A stretch of DNA of 64,000 nt from an uncultured Pelagibacteraceae bacterium (GCA_902560225.1 CACEKT010000002.1:932-64931); one strand, 5' to 3'. Positions 31,597-41,907 are shown, counted from the stretch's first letter. Notes: generated from the letters alone by a model not told the origin. Numbers and translations are program-made.

Positions 31597-32813
31597 ATAT
31601 AGATTTAGTTAAAAAAGAATTTCCAATATTTGACGAAAAAATTCATAATAACGATTTAGTTTATTTAGATAGTGCAAATTCTTCTCAAAAACCAAAAGTT
31701 GTAATTGATAGAATTAATGAATTTTACACAAAACAATTCTCGAATGTTGGAAGAAGCGTTCATTATCTTGCAGTAGCAGCTACTAATTTATATGAAAATA
31801 CCAGAACCTCAGTTCAAAGATTTATTAATGCAAAAGATAAAAATGAAATTGTATTTACCAAAGGCGCAACAGAAGCACTTAATCTTGTTGCTAATACTTT
31901 AGGTCAAAATTATTTACAAGAAGGAGACGAAATTCTTATTACTGAATTAGAGCATCATTCTAATTATGTACCATGGCATTTTTTAAGGAAATCAAAAAAT
32001 ATTAAAATAAATTTTGCTGAAATTAATGAAGAGGGCGAGATAACTTTAGAAGAAATTGAAAAAAAAATAACTTCTAAAACAAAGATTATCTCAGTTACTC
32101 ATTTATCAAATGTTACTGGAGCAATTCTTCCAATCAAAGAGATCACTGAGTTGGCACACTCTAAAGGAATAATTGTTGTGGTAGATGGTTGCCAGGGGGC
32201 TCCTCATTTAAAATTAGATATGCAAGATTTGGATTGTGATTTTTATGCAATTTCATGTCATAAAATGTATGGCCCAACTGGTCTAGGAGTTTTATATGGC
32301 AAAAAAAAATGGCTAGAAGAATTGCCACCCTATCAAGGTGGTGGAGGCATGATTAATGAAGTTAAAAAAGATAGAATTTCTTACGGTGATTTACCTAATA
32401 AATATGAAGCTGGAACTATGGCTACAGCACAAGTTATAGCTTTTGATCAGTCCATTAAGTTTTTAGAGAGTATAGGAATAGATAATGTGGTTAAACATGA
32501 AGCAGAATTAATAGAATACGGACAAGAGCTATTAAAAAAAAATAATTCAGTTAAATTAATTGGTAATCCAAAAAATAAAGGTGGAGTTTTGTCATTTACG
32601 ATTGAAGGAATTCATCCTCATGATGTAGCAACCATATTAGATGAAGATGGTGTTGCAATAAGAGCAGGACATCATTGTTGTCAAATACTTCATGATAAAT
32701 TGAATATCCCTGCAAGCTCAAGGGCATCTGTTGGAATTTATAATACCAAAGATGATCTTGATAAACTTGACGATGCAATAAATAATTGTAAAAAAATATT
32801 TAATCTTAAATGA
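31593..32813 (+). CDS. sufs: Cysteine desulfurase SufS
   Basis: YLDSANSSQKP, EHHSN, HKMYGPTG and RAGHHC motifs. Confidence 0.95.
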   Translation: MNIDLVKKEFPIFDEKIHNNDLVYLDSANSSQKPKVVIDRINEFYTKQFSNVGRSVHYLAVAATNLYENTRTSVQRFINAKDKNEIVFTKGATEALNLVANTLGQNYLQEGDEILITELEHHSNYVPWHFLRKSKNIKINFAEINEEGEITLEEIEKKITSKTKIISVTHLSNVTGAILPIKEITELAHSKGIIVVVDGCQGAPHLKLDMQDLDCDFYAISCHKMYGPTGLGVLYGKKKWLEELPPYQGGGGMINEVKKDRISYGDLPNKYEAGTMATAQVIAFDQSIKFLESIGIDNVVKHEAELIEYGQELLKKNNSVKLIGNPKNKGGVLSFTIEGIHPHDVATILDEDGVAIRAGHHCCQILHDKLNIPASSRASVGIYNTKDDLDKLDDAINNCKKIFNLK

Positions 32814-33274
32814 ACTTAAAAGAACTATATCAAGAAATAATATTAGAGCATGGTCAAAATCCAAGAAATCTTGGTAAGACAGATGGTTTTAATAAAGATG
32901 CAAAAGGACATAACCCGTTATGCGGGGACAATGTTCATGTTTTCTTGAAATTAAATGGACAAAAAATTGTTGAAGGTATTTCCTTTGAAGGAAGTGGATG
33001 TGCTATTTCAATGGCATCAGCGTCTATAATGACAGATTTAATTAAGGGAAAAAATGAAGACGAAGCTAAGGAAATTATAGAAGATTTTCTAGGAATGATA
33101 AAAAAAAATCCTGAATTAAGATCAGAAAATTTGGGTGATGATGAAAAAACAAAATTGATGTGTTTATCAGGAGTGAAGCAATACCCAATGAGAGTTAAAT
33201 GTGCAACTTTATCATGGCATACTCTTGTTTCTGCATTTGAAAATAAAAAAGAATTGGTTAAAACAGAAAATTAG
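32810..33274 (+). CDS. sufU: SufU/NifU-like sulfur transfer protein
   Basis: NPLCGD, GCAISMASAS and RVKCATLSW motifs. Confidence 0.92.
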   Translation: MNLKELYQEIILEHGQNPRNLGKTDGFNKDAKGHNPLCGDNVHVFLKLNGQKIVEGISFEGSGCAISMASASIMTDLIKGKNEDEAKEIIEDFLGMIKKNPELRSENLGDDEKTKLMCLSGVKQYPMRVKCATLSWHTLVSAFENKKELVKTEN

Positions 33275-33280
33275 ATTGAT

Positions 33281-33580
33281 ATGAGCAAAAAAGATCAAAT
33301 TATTGAAGAGATTAGAAAAATTTATGATCCAGAGCTACCAGTTAATATTTATGAATTAGGTTTAATTTATGATATAAAAGTTGAAAATGATAATTTTGCT
33401 AAGATTAAAATGACACTAACAACACCTAATTGCCCCGTTGCTGAAAGTTTACCTAAAGAAGTTAAAGAGGGAGCAATGCAAGTTGAAGGTATAGACGATG
33501 TTGATCTTGAATTGGTATGGGATCCTCCTTGGACTAAAGATATGATGTCAGAGGCAGCTAAATTGGAGTTAAACTTGTAA
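33281..33580 (+). CDS. DUF59/SufT-like Fe-S assembly protein
   Basis: DPELPVNIYELGL, TTPNCP and WDPPW motifs. Confidence 0.9.
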   Translation: MSKKDQIIEEIRKIYDPELPVNIYELGLIYDIKVENDNFAKIKMTLTTPNCPVAESLPKEVKEGAMQVEGIDDVDLELVWDPPWTKDMMSEAAKLELNL

Positions 33581-33915
33581 TGAATCCTATTATTAAATTA
33601 AGTGACAATGCAGCATTAAGGATTAAAGAAATAATGTCTTATGCTCAAAAAGATTCGCTTGGAGTAAGAGTGTCTGTTAAAACAGGGGGTTGTGCTGGAA
33701 TGTCTTATGTTATGGAGTATACTAAAGAGGCAAATCCTAACGATGAAGTTATTGAGGATAAAGGTGTTAAAGTTTTTGTTGATTCTGCAGCAATAATGTA
33801 CCTTTTAGGGACTGAAATGGATTATAAGAAAGATGAATTATCTTCATCTTTTGTTTTTAATAATCCTAATGAAACTGAGCGTTGTGGATGTGGAGAGTCA
33901 TTTAAAACGTCATAA
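33580..33915 (+). CDS. sufA: A-type Fe-S carrier (SufA/IscA)
   Basis: GGCAGMSY and CGCGESF motifs. Confidence 0.9.
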   Translation: MNPIIKLSDNAALRIKEIMSYAQKDSLGVRVSVKTGGCAGMSYVMEYTKEANPNDEVIEDKGVKVFVDSAAIMYLLGTEMDYKKDELSSSFVFNNPNETERCGCGESFKTS

Positions 33916-33981
33916 ATCAAATAATCCCATTTTGAGCATACCAGATTTGCATAATTTGCATATCTAAGATAAAGATTTGAT

Positions 33982-34152
33982 ATGAATAAATTTGAATTTA
34001 AAAATCTTGTTAAAAACCTTAAAGATTCTTTAAAAGAAAAAACATTTTTTAAAGATTTACGTAAAGAGGTTAACACTGGTGCCAATGGCACACAGGACTA
34101 CGTAGTTAAAAAAGGCGTTAACAAAAATACGATTGCAACAACTAGACAGTAA
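33982..34152 (+). CDS. Unannotated 56-aa small protein (MNKFEFKNLVKNLKDSLKEKTFFKDLRKEVNTGANGTQDYVVKKGVNKNTIATTRQ)
   Basis: ATG 33982 to TAA 34152 fills the gap between sufA and the convergent glnA. It is shorter than any ORF in the track. Confidence 0.7.
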   Translation: MNKFEFKNLVKNLKDSLKEKTFFKDLRKEVNTGANGTQDYVVKKGVNKNTIATTRQ

Positions 34153-34160
34153 TTAAGAGT

Positions 34161-35567
34161 CTAGCTACTGTAGTACATTTCAAACTCTACAGGATGAGGT
34201 GCATGCTCAAATTTATGAATTTCCTCAAACTTAAGTGCAATATAAGCATCAATTTGATCGTCAGTAAACACTCCACCTTGAGTTAAAAACTCTCTATCCT
34301 TGTCTAAGCTTTCCATTGCTTCTCTTAACGAGCCGCATACCGTTGGAATTTTTTCAACTTCTTTTGCAGGTAATTCATATAAATCTTTATCAAAAGATTT
34401 CCCTGGGTTGATTTTCTTTTTTATACCATCAATACCAGCCATTAGCATTGCTGCAAAAGTTAAATAAGGGTTTCCTGAAGCATCAGGAAATCTTATTTCA
34501 CATCTTGCACCTTTTTTACTAAGAGTAATAGGTATTCTGCATGAAGCAGATCTATTTCTTGCTGAATAAGCAAGTAGAACTGGAGCTTCAAATCCTGGTA
34601 CTAGTCTTTTATAACTATTAGTTGTTGAGTTAGCAAAAGCATTAATTGCTTTAGCATGCTTTAATATACCACCAATATAGTAAAGTGCAGTTTTGGATAA
34701 ACCTGAATATGCATTTCCAGAAAATACTGGCGTATTGCCTTTCCAAATAGATTGATGAATGTGCATACCAGAACCGTTATCTCCAGCTACAGGTTTTGGC
34801 ATAAATGTAGCTGTTTTTCCAAATGAGTTAGTAACCATTTGTACAACATATTTATATAATTGAACATTATCGGCTTGATCAACAAGAGTTCCAAAATACA
34901 TACCTAATTCATGTTGACTAGGAGCAACCTCATGATGATGTTTTTCTACTTTAATTCCTACTTCTTTTAAATTTTTTAAATATTCTCCACGCATGTCTTG
35001 TTCACTGTCCACTGGAGGAACAGGAAAATAACCACCTTTTATTGGAGGTCTATGACCCATGTTTCCATTTTCGTATTCTTTACCAGAATTATATGGACCT
35101 TCTTTACTATCAATTTTAAAACCACATTCATTCATATCGTTTTTAATTCTTACATCATCAAAAACAAAGAATTCTGGCTCAGGTCCAAAGAAAGCTTTGT
35201 CACCAATACCTGAAGATTTCAAATATTTTTCAGCTTTTTTTGCTACTCCTCTTGGATCTCTTTCATAGGGATTTTTTTTAACAGCATCAAAAATATCGCA
35301 AAATAAAACAACAGTATTATGAGATGTAAAAGGATCCATAAACATTCTTGCAGTATCAGGCTTTAAAATCATGTCAGATTCATTTATAGCTTTCCAACCA
35401 GCAATAGAGGAACCGTCAAAAAATACTCCGTTATCCAGCATGTCTTTATCTACTATGCTAGCATCCATTGTTAGATGTTGTAATTTTCCTCTTGGGTCAG
35501 TAAATCTTAAGTCTACAAACTCTGCCTCTTTTAATTTTATAAATTTTAAAACATTTGCTGTGGTCAT
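34161..35567 (-). CDS. glnA: Type I glutamine synthetase
   Basis: FDGSSIAGW, HHHEVA, FMPKPVAGDNGSGMH, NSYKRLVPGFEAP and DLYELP motifs. Confidence 0.97.
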   Translation of the reverse strand: MTTANVLKFIKLKEAEFVDLRFTDPRGKLQHLTMDASIVDKDMLDNGVFFDGSSIAGWKAINESDMILKPDTARMFMDPFTSHNTVVLFCDIFDAVKKNPYERDPRGVAKKAEKYLKSSGIGDKAFFGPEPEFFVFDDVRIKNDMNECGFKIDSKEGPYNSGKEYENGNMGHRPPIKGGYFPVPPVDSEQDMRGEYLKNLKEVGIKVEKHHHEVAPSQHELGMYFGTLVDQADNVQLYKYVVQMVTNSFGKTATFMPKPVAGDNGSGMHIHQSIWKGNTPVFSGNAYSGLSKTALYYIGGILKHAKAINAFANSTTNSYKRLVPGFEAPVLLAYSARNRSASCRIPITLSKKGARCEIRFPDASGNPYLTFAAMLMAGIDGIKKKINPGKSFDKDLYELPAKEVEKIPTVCGSLREAMESLDKDREFLTQGGVFTDDQIDAYIALKFEEIHKFEHAPHPVEFEMYYSS

Positions 35568-35710
35568 TTTGTCTCCTATATAATTTTGTGAGTGATAATT
35601 AACAAAAATATTGCAATAAATATTGCTTATTTAATAAATAACACCTATGCAATTTTCACATAAGTGGTGTAATTATGCAATAATATTTAACAATTTTTTT
35701 AGCTAAATTT

Positions 35711-36193
35711 ATGAATCCAATTTTAAACAAAGAACCAGTTAAAAGAGCAGAAAAGGCTTTGAAGGAATTTGATAAAAATCTCTATATCGAGTACTTAGAA
35801 CAGACTGCGAGAACAGCAAATGATGCAGCCACAGCTTTAGGTTGTAAGGTTGGAGCTATAGTTAAAAGCTTACTTTTTAAAACAGCAAAATCTTTTGTTT
35901 TATGTTTAGTATCTGGTGATAAAAAGTGTTCACTCAATAAACTCAAAAAAATTTTAGGTGAAAAAGATGTTTCAATGGCAAATGCAGATCAAGTCAAAGA
36001 AATTACAGGGTATACAATTGGAGGAGTTTCACCTATAGGTCATTTAACTAAAGTTAGTATTCTAATAGATAATAATTTAGCTAGATTTGAAGATATTTTT
36101 GCAGCCGCAGGACATCCAAATTGTATTTTTAAAATTAATTTTGAACAATTATTAAAATTAACAAATGGAAAGATTGAAGAACTAGCAGAATGA
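35711..36193 (+). CDS. YbaK/EbsC-family aminoacyl-tRNA deacylase
   Basis: TA.DAA.ALG, IVKSL, TGYTIGGVSPIG and AAAG motifs. Confidence 0.9.
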   Translation: MNPILNKEPVKRAEKALKEFDKNLYIEYLEQTARTANDAATALGCKVGAIVKSLLFKTAKSFVLCLVSGDKKCSLNKLKKILGEKDVSMANADQVKEITGYTIGGVSPIGHLTKVSILIDNNLARFEDIFAAAGHPNCIFKINFEQLLKLTNGKIEELAE

Positions 36194-37086
36194 GACAACC
36201 AAAATTAATCGATTATTTTTTTTTAACTTTGTTAGCTTTAATTTGGGCATCAGCTTTTTTTAATATTAAAATTGCAACCTATTCTTTTGGACCTGTAACA
36301 ATTGCTTTTTTAAGAGTTTTATTTGGTTCAATTCCTGTTTTGCTGCTTTGTTATTACAAAAATATCAAAATAGAAGCTTTTTCCAAAGATTGGCATTGGT
36401 TTGCAATGATAGGATTTATTAATTTAGTGGCCCCATTTTTTTTAATTGCTTATGGAGTTAAATCTGTTCAAAGTAACTTAGCCGCAATATTAATGGCCAC
36501 TACACCTTTAAGCGCAACTGTACTAAGTCATTTTTATACTAAAAATGAAAAATTTAATTTAATTAAAACATTTGGAGTTTTAATTGGTTTTTTTGGAGTT
36601 ATTTTTTTATTTTCAGAAAATCTTTTAATTAATGAAAATAATGTTTTTTCTGCTTTGTTAATTTTATTAGGCTCAACATGTTATGTAGTTGGAGGATTAT
36701 TAACTTTAAAAATTAGTAAAAAAAAGAATGAAAATGTAACAGGATCAATATTGATTTGGGCAACTATAATTTTAATTCCACTTGTAAGTTTTATAGAACA
36801 GCCGTGGCAAGTAATACCAAGGACTGACTCATTAGTTTCAGTTATTTATTTAGGAATTGTCCCAACAGGAGTTGCTTGGCTTTTAAGGTTTAGAATCCTA
36901 AAAAATAATGGTTTAATTTTTCAAGCACAAGTGGCTTTTCTAATTCCAATTTTTGGAGTTATATTAGGATATATATTCTTAAAAGAATTAATTACTATTA
37001 AAGTATTAATTTCTTTAATAGCTGTTTCAATTGGTATTTATCTATTTGGAAAAGCAGATGTTAATAAATCAATTAAAATATCTTAA
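36190..37086 (+). CDS. DMT/EamA-family transporter
   Basis: About 10 TM with a two-fold EamA pattern (LIWAS..F, IAFLRVLFG, LIPIFGVILG). Confidence 0.88.
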   Translation: MRQPKLIDYFFLTLLALIWASAFFNIKIATYSFGPVTIAFLRVLFGSIPVLLLCYYKNIKIEAFSKDWHWFAMIGFINLVAPFFLIAYGVKSVQSNLAAILMATTPLSATVLSHFYTKNEKFNLIKTFGVLIGFFGVIFLFSENLLINENNVFSALLILLGSTCYVVGGLLTLKISKKKNENVTGSILIWATIILIPLVSFIEQPWQVIPRTDSLVSVIYLGIVPTGVAWLLRFRILKNNGLIFQAQVAFLIPIFGVILGYIFLKELITIKVLISLIAVSIGIYLFGKADVNKSIKIS

Positions 37087-37677
37087 TTATTTTGAAAAAA
37101 TAATTTTTGCATTAAAAGAAAAAGATCTTCTTTCTCCTTCGACATTAAAAGGATAAACACTGTGCATTAAATAATTAGGAAAAATTAATAAATCCCTTAT
37201 TTTAGGTGAAACATTATAAATACTTTTGCTTAAAAAACCTTTTTGACCATTAATGAAATCAATGGTTCCATTTGTTTTTATTTTTTTATTTTTTACCATT
37301 TTATTTTTAGTCATCCCTTTTGGAAGTTTAAGATAACCAACACCTGATAAATCACCTTCGTGATAATGAATTGGATTATATTCACCTTTAAATTGTCTAA
37401 CTACCCAAAGATTTAAGATTTTAATATCTTTAATATTTTTAATTTTTTCATTTTTTAAAAATTTTCTAATATTTGTTTTTAGTTCAGATATTAAGTTTTT
37501 TTTAATAAATTGATTAGAAATTTTTAATTCTTTTTGAATTTGACTTGCTAGTTTTGGGCTATAGTCAATTTTTTTGAATTTAGATTTTTTATCAAATTCT
37601 TTGTTTAATTTATCAAAAAATTTTTTTGAAATTTTTGTTTTTCCAATTGTTGGTCCAAAAGGTTTTAAATTTTTCAT
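37087..37677 (-). CDS. Putative 2OG-Fe(II) oxygenase
   Basis: W..GEYNPIHYH..LSGVGYL and LIFP.YLMHSVYPF..ERRSFSFN motifs. Confidence 0.8.
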   Translation of the reverse strand: MKNLKPFGPTIGKTKISKKFFDKLNKEFDKKSKFKKIDYSPKLASQIQKELKISNQFIKKNLISELKTNIRKFLKNEKIKNIKDIKILNLWVVRQFKGEYNPIHYHEGDLSGVGYLKLPKGMTKNKMVKNKKIKTNGTIDFINGQKGFLSKSIYNVSPKIRDLLIFPNYLMHSVYPFNVEGERRSFSFNAKIIFSK

Positions 37678-37715
37678 TTAAAGACTAAATATATCAATAA
37701 AAAATTAAATCAACA

Positions 37716-38462
37716 TTATGATATAATTCTAAATCCCATTCTTATTGCGACAAAAATAACTAATAAGGATGTTAGTATTACTAAAGTTTTATTTGATAAA
37801 AATTTTATATTTAAATAATTTCCAACTTGACCACCAATAAATACTGCTAGAAATAAAGGCCAAAAATTTAAAAATTCATTAAATACTAAATCTTTAGTCA
37901 GTTGACCAGCTACTCCAAAAATAGAGTTAATTAAAATAAATAGGGAGGCTGAAGTTGTAATATGTTTTGGTATTCCAGCTTTCATTAAGAACAGAAATGG
38001 ACTTAAGAATATACCACCACCAATTCCAATAAGACCTGAGACAAAACCTATTAAAGAGCCAATGCAAATTGAAAAGATTTTTGGTATTTGCTTTGTTTTA
38101 ATTTGATTTTTATTAAATGATTTACTCTCAATTAATAAAAATATACCTGCAAACATTAAAACTAAAAACAAAACTACTTCAAACAAATCTTTACTAATTG
38201 AAATTGAGGCCCCTATAAATGCAAAGGGTATAGATCCCATAAGATAAGGTGTTAATAATTTAAGATTAAGATTACCCGACTTGATATAATTAAAAGAATT
38301 TCCTGAAACGACTATGATATTACAAAATAAAGCTATTATTGGAAAAATATAGTATGGGATATCCCATATTAACATTAGCGCAAGATAGGTAGAACCCCCA
38401 CCAAATCCAACACTAGAATATAATATTGCTGTTATAAAAAAAAATATTGATAATATGGTCAT
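37716..38462 (-). CDS. TauE/SafE (TSUP) family membrane protein
   Basis: YSSVGFGGGSTY and SGLIGIGGGIFLSP repeats, about 8 TM. Confidence 0.88.
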   Translation of the reverse strand: MTILSIFFFITAILYSSVGFGGGSTYLALMLIWDIPYYIFPIIALFCNIIVVSGNSFNYIKSGNLNLKLLTPYLMGSIPFAFIGASISISKDLFEVVLFLVLMFAGIFLLIESKSFNKNQIKTKQIPKIFSICIGSLIGFVSGLIGIGGGIFLSPFLFLMKAGIPKHITTSASLFILINSIFGVAGQLTKDLVFNEFLNFWPLFLAVFIGGQVGNYLNIKFLSNKTLVILTSLLVIFVAIRMGFRIIS

Positions 38463-38477
38463 ATTCAAAAATTAATT

Positions 38478-38978
38478 ATGATTGTAAATATAGCTTTATT
38501 GACTGTAACAGATACTAGAACTTTTGATAATGATAAATCTGGCGCCATTCTTGTAGAAAAAATAAAGGAAGCGAAACATAATTTAATTGATAGAAAAATT
38601 TGTAAAGACAATAGGGAAGATATTGTTTTAATTTTAAAAGAATGGATTAATAAAAATGAAATAGATGTAGTAATCACTACTGGAGGAACAGGTTTAACTG
38701 GCAGAGACATAACACCAGAAGCTATTGATGAAATTGCAGATAAAAAAATTCCAGGTTTTGGTGAAGTTTTTAGGACTATAAGTCTAAAAACTGTTGGTAC
38801 CTCAGCAATACAATCTAGGGCTTGTGCAGTTTTGGCAAATGGTAAATATATTTTTGCTTTACCAGGATCATCTGGTGGAGTAACAGATGCATGGGATGGA
38901 ATTTTAAAAGATCAATTAAATATTAATAATAAACCTTGTAACTTTGTAGAATTGTTTCCTCGATTAAAGGAAAAATAA
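38478..38978 (+). CDS. moaB: Molybdenum cofactor biosynthesis protein MoaB
   Basis: DKSG, TTGGTGLTGRD.TPEA, QSRA, LPGS and PCNFVE motifs. Confidence 0.93.
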   Translation: MIVNIALLTVTDTRTFDNDKSGAILVEKIKEAKHNLIDRKICKDNREDIVLILKEWINKNEIDVVITTGGTGLTGRDITPEAIDEIADKKIPGFGEVFRTISLKTVGTSAIQSRACAVLANGKYIFALPGSSGGVTDAWDGILKDQLNINNKPCNFVELFPRLKEK

Positions 38979-39224
38979 TTATTTTTGGTATTTATCTTTC
39001 CATTCGGAATAAGGCATTCCATAAATATGATTCCTTGCGTCAGGGTCAGATATTTCAATTCCTTTTTTTTCTGCTTCTTCCCTATACCATTTGGATAGAC
39101 AATTCCTGCAAAATCCAGCCAAGTTCATTAAATCAATATTTTGAACATCCTTTCTATCTCTAAGATGATTAATTAATCTCTCTAGAGTTGCTGATTCAAT
39201 TTCTCTTTTTTTACTTTCATCCAT
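38979..39224 (-). CDS. DUF1244-family protein
   Basis: DVQNIDLMNLAGFCRNCLSKWY and YGMPYSEWK motifs. Confidence 0.88.
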   Translation of the reverse strand: MDESKKREIESATLERLINHLRDRKDVQNIDLMNLAGFCRNCLSKWYREEAEKKGIEISDPDARNHIYGMPYSEWKDKYQK

Positions 39225-39801
39225 AATTAATATCCTTATTTTTTATCTTAATTCTTAAAGCAAGTAATACAACAATAATTATTGAATAAATTAATGGTTT
39301 AAAAAAAATTGTCTTAGATAACCAAATATAATGAAGTGAACCAAAAACAGCTATTACATAAATTAATTTATGTAATATTTTCCATTTATTTTTAAGAATT
39401 TTCATCATTTTTTGAGATGAAGTAATTGACAATGGAATTAATAATAGCCAAGCAGAAAATCCAATAAATATATATTTTTTTTTTAAAACATCATTTAAAA
39501 TTGGCTGCCAATCAAATCTATAGTCTAGTCCAATATAGGTTAGTAAGTGAATTGTAGCATAAAAAAAAACAAATAATCCCAACATTCTTCTAAACTTTAT
39601 CCAGATAGACAATTTTGTAAATCTTTTAAGAGGACTCATTGATAAAGTTAAACAGATAAAAATTAATGTCCATTCACCGAAATGATTCATAATTTTTTTA
39701 ACTGGTTCAGCACCTAATTCATTATAATAAATATCTAGAGAAATTGCAGTCAAAGGCCACAAACATAAAATAAAAATTATTGTTTTGAAATATTTAATCA
39801 A
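39217..39801 (-). CDS. msrQ: Methionine sulfoxide reductase heme subunit MsrQ
   Basis: RRMLGL..FFYA.IH, PLSITS, W..LHKLIY and LHYIW motifs. Confidence 0.93.
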   Translation of the reverse strand: MIKYFKTIIFILCLWPLTAISLDIYYNELGAEPVKKIMNHFGEWTLIFICLTLSMSPLKRFTKLSIWIKFRRMLGLFVFFYATIHLLTYIGLDYRFDWQPILNDVLKKKYIFIGFSAWLLLIPLSITSSQKMMKILKNKWKILHKLIYVIAVFGSLHYIWLSKTIFFKPLIYSIIIVVLLALRIKIKNKDINYG

Positions 39802-39806
39802 TTTAA

Positions 39807-40718
39807 TTAGAAGTTTTTCTTTAGATCCATTCCTGAATAAAGATTTGCAACTTGATCACCATAACCGTTAAACATTGTAGTGGGTATTCTTTCACTTAAT
39901 ATACCTGAGCCAATTACTCTTTCCGAAGCTTGTGACCACCTTGGATGATTAACTCTTGGATTAACATTTGAATAAAAACCATATTCTTTTGGTGATGCTT
40001 GCATCCAAGATGAAATCGGCATTTTTTCCACTAATTTAATGTTAACTATTGCTTTTGAACTTTTAAATCCATATTTCCATGGAACAATTAATCTTAAGGG
40101 TGCCCCGTTTTGGTTTGGAAGTTCTTTGCCATAAAGACCTGTAACCATTGTTGTTAAGGGGTGCATAGCTTCATCAATTCTTAGTCCTTCCTTATATGGC
40201 CATTTAAGAATTGGATATCTTTGACCTGGCATTTGTTCTGGATCAAAAACAGTTGTAAATTCTACGAATTTAGCTTTACCATTTGGTGATGCTTTTTCTA
40301 AAAGTTTGTTTAAAGAAAATCCCATCCAAGGTATTACCATTGACCAACCCTCAACACATCTTAATCTATAAATTTTTTCTTCGATTGGAAAAGAATTTTT
40401 AATTTCATTTACTGTTAAGGTAATTTTTTTTTCAACTTCACCATCTATTGTTAAATTCCAAGGACTTGTTTTAAAGTTTTGAGATTTTTCTACAGGATCT
40501 GATTTTCTAGTCCCAAACTCATAATAATTATTATAAGTAGTTACATACCTTCGTTCAGTAATTTTTTCTTGCAAATTATCATTAGCTGCAAAAGCCTTAC
40601 CAATCATATTTTGACCAATCATTAAAGATCCTGTTGAAAATCCTAGTTTTTTTACAAACTCTCTTCTTCTAAGATATATTTTTTCTGGAGTAATTTCTGA
40701 ATATTTAACTTTTTTCAT
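39807..40718 (-). CDS. msrP: Methionine sulfoxide reductase catalytic subunit MsrP
   Basis: Tat motif RRREFVK, plus YNNYYEFG, RCVEGWSM and PWKYGFKS. Confidence 0.95.
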   Translation of the reverse strand: MKKVKYSEITPEKIYLRRREFVKKLGFSTGSLMIGQNMIGKAFAANDNLQEKITERRYVTTYNNYYEFGTRKSDPVEKSQNFKTSPWNLTIDGEVEKKITLTVNEIKNSFPIEEKIYRLRCVEGWSMVIPWMGFSLNKLLEKASPNGKAKFVEFTTVFDPEQMPGQRYPILKWPYKEGLRIDEAMHPLTTMVTGLYGKELPNQNGAPLRLIVPWKYGFKSSKAIVNIKLVEKMPISSWMQASPKEYGFYSNVNPRVNHPRWSQASERVIGSGILSERIPTTMFNGYGDQVANLYSGMDLKKNF

Positions 40719-41157
40719 AAAGTATGGGATTTCCCTTTAACCATTTACTCTCATTATTGTTATAATGTTCTTTTTTCCATATAGGAGATCTTTTCTTTAT
40801 TTCCTCAATTATATATCTTGATAAAACATATGCATTATCACGATGCTTACATGCAACTGCAATAATAATACTGATTTCACCAATGTTTAAGTAGCCTTTA
40901 GCATGTTCAATAAATACGGCTTTATCATGGATATTTAATTTTTGATCGGCTTCATTATAAATTTCCTTAAAACTTTTTTTAACAAGTTCGTCATGACTAT
41001 CGTAAGTAATTCCTACAACAGATTGATTATTATTTTGATTACGAACTGTTCCTGTAAAAAAGATAGAGGCGCCAAACTTAGAAGATGAAATAAAACTCTC
41101 AGCTTCTAAAATTGATAATTTATTATCTTTTGAGTCTATTATTCTTGTGTGAAGCAT
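40705..41157 (-). CDS. moaE: Molybdopterin synthase catalytic subunit
   Basis: GA..FFTGTVRN, HR..A and PIWKKE motifs. Confidence 0.93.
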   Translation of the reverse strand: MLHTRIIDSKDNKLSILEAESFISSSKFGASIFFTGTVRNQNNNQSVVGITYDSHDELVKKSFKEIYNEADQKLNIHDKAVFIEHAKGYLNIGEISIIIAVACKHRDNAYVLSRYIIEEIKKRSPIWKKEHYNNNESKWLKGNPILYEKS

Positions 41158-41426
41158 TAACCTCCTCCAATTGGAGGTATAATAGCAATCTTTTCATTAT
41201 TTGTTATTTTATAATTGTCGCTAATAATATTATTTTCCCCAGAGCAAAAAGCAGATGAAATAACGATTTTTTTATAGTTTTCATTTCCATTAAATTTTTT
41301 ATCTAAATAATCAATTATTTTATTTCTGATATCTTTAATTGTTGAATTATTATCTACTTCAAAATTTAATGAATTTTGCTCACTAAAATCTCTACTAGCG
41401 CCAAATAATTCTATTTCTACTTTCAT
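41157..41426 (-). CDS. moaD: Molybdopterin synthase sulfur carrier
   Basis: V.LFGASR at the N-terminus and C-terminal PPIGGG. Confidence 0.9.
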   Translation of the reverse strand: MKVEIELFGASRDFSEQNSLNFEVDNNSTIKDIRNKIIDYLDKKFNGNENYKKIVISSAFCSGENNIISDNYKITNNEKIAIIPPIGGG

Positions 41427-41439
41427 TAATTTTATAAAA

Positions 41440-41907
41440 TTAAAATAAATCTTTTAAAAATTCTGGTAGACCATCTGGGTTAGTCCATAAGCCACTTTTT
41501 CCACCTTCTTTAACTAATAATTTTATATTATCAATTTTAAGATAAGGGTTAACAATTTTACTTAAATCATAAATCGTAATTAATGCTGCATTCACCCCCA
41601 TAATAGCTTCCATTTCAACCCCAGTTTTTGCATAAGTAGATACAACACAAAAAACTTCAATCGAATTGTCTTTTTCATGCATAATAATTTTAGTAGCTGT
41701 ATGATCTATCGGCAAAGGATGGCAAAGAGGTATTAATTCGCTTGTTTTTTTAACACCTAATAAAGCCGACACTTCTGCTAAAGTAATTGGATCTCCTTTT
41801 GGCATTTGTTTTTTTTTAATTAATTCAAACACTTCTTTGCCAACATAAATTTTTCCTGAAGCTAAAGACCTTCTAAATGTTTCACTTTTATTAGAAACAT
41901 CAATCAT
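41440..41907 (-). CDS. moaC: Cyclic pyranopterin monophosphate synthase (frame is open upstream to CTG 41985)
   Basis: MIDVS.K, KGDP, LIPLCHP, TGVEMEA and KEGGKSG motifs. Confidence 0.94.
   Translation of the reverse strand: MIDVSNKSETFRRSLASGKIYVGKEVFELIKKKQMPKGDPITLAEVSALLGVKKTSELIPLCHPLPIDHTATKIIMHEKDNSIEVFCVVSTYAKTGVEMEAIMGVNAALITIYDLSKIVNPYLKIDNIKLLVKEGGKSGLWTNPDGLPEFLKDLF

Noticed and set aside
35600-35690. NtrC or sigma-54 sites upstream of glnA (tgcaataaatattgc, tgcaat repeats)
   Set aside because: Only loose AT-rich symmetry. I found no convincing TGCAC-N7-GTGCA or GG-N10-GC element.
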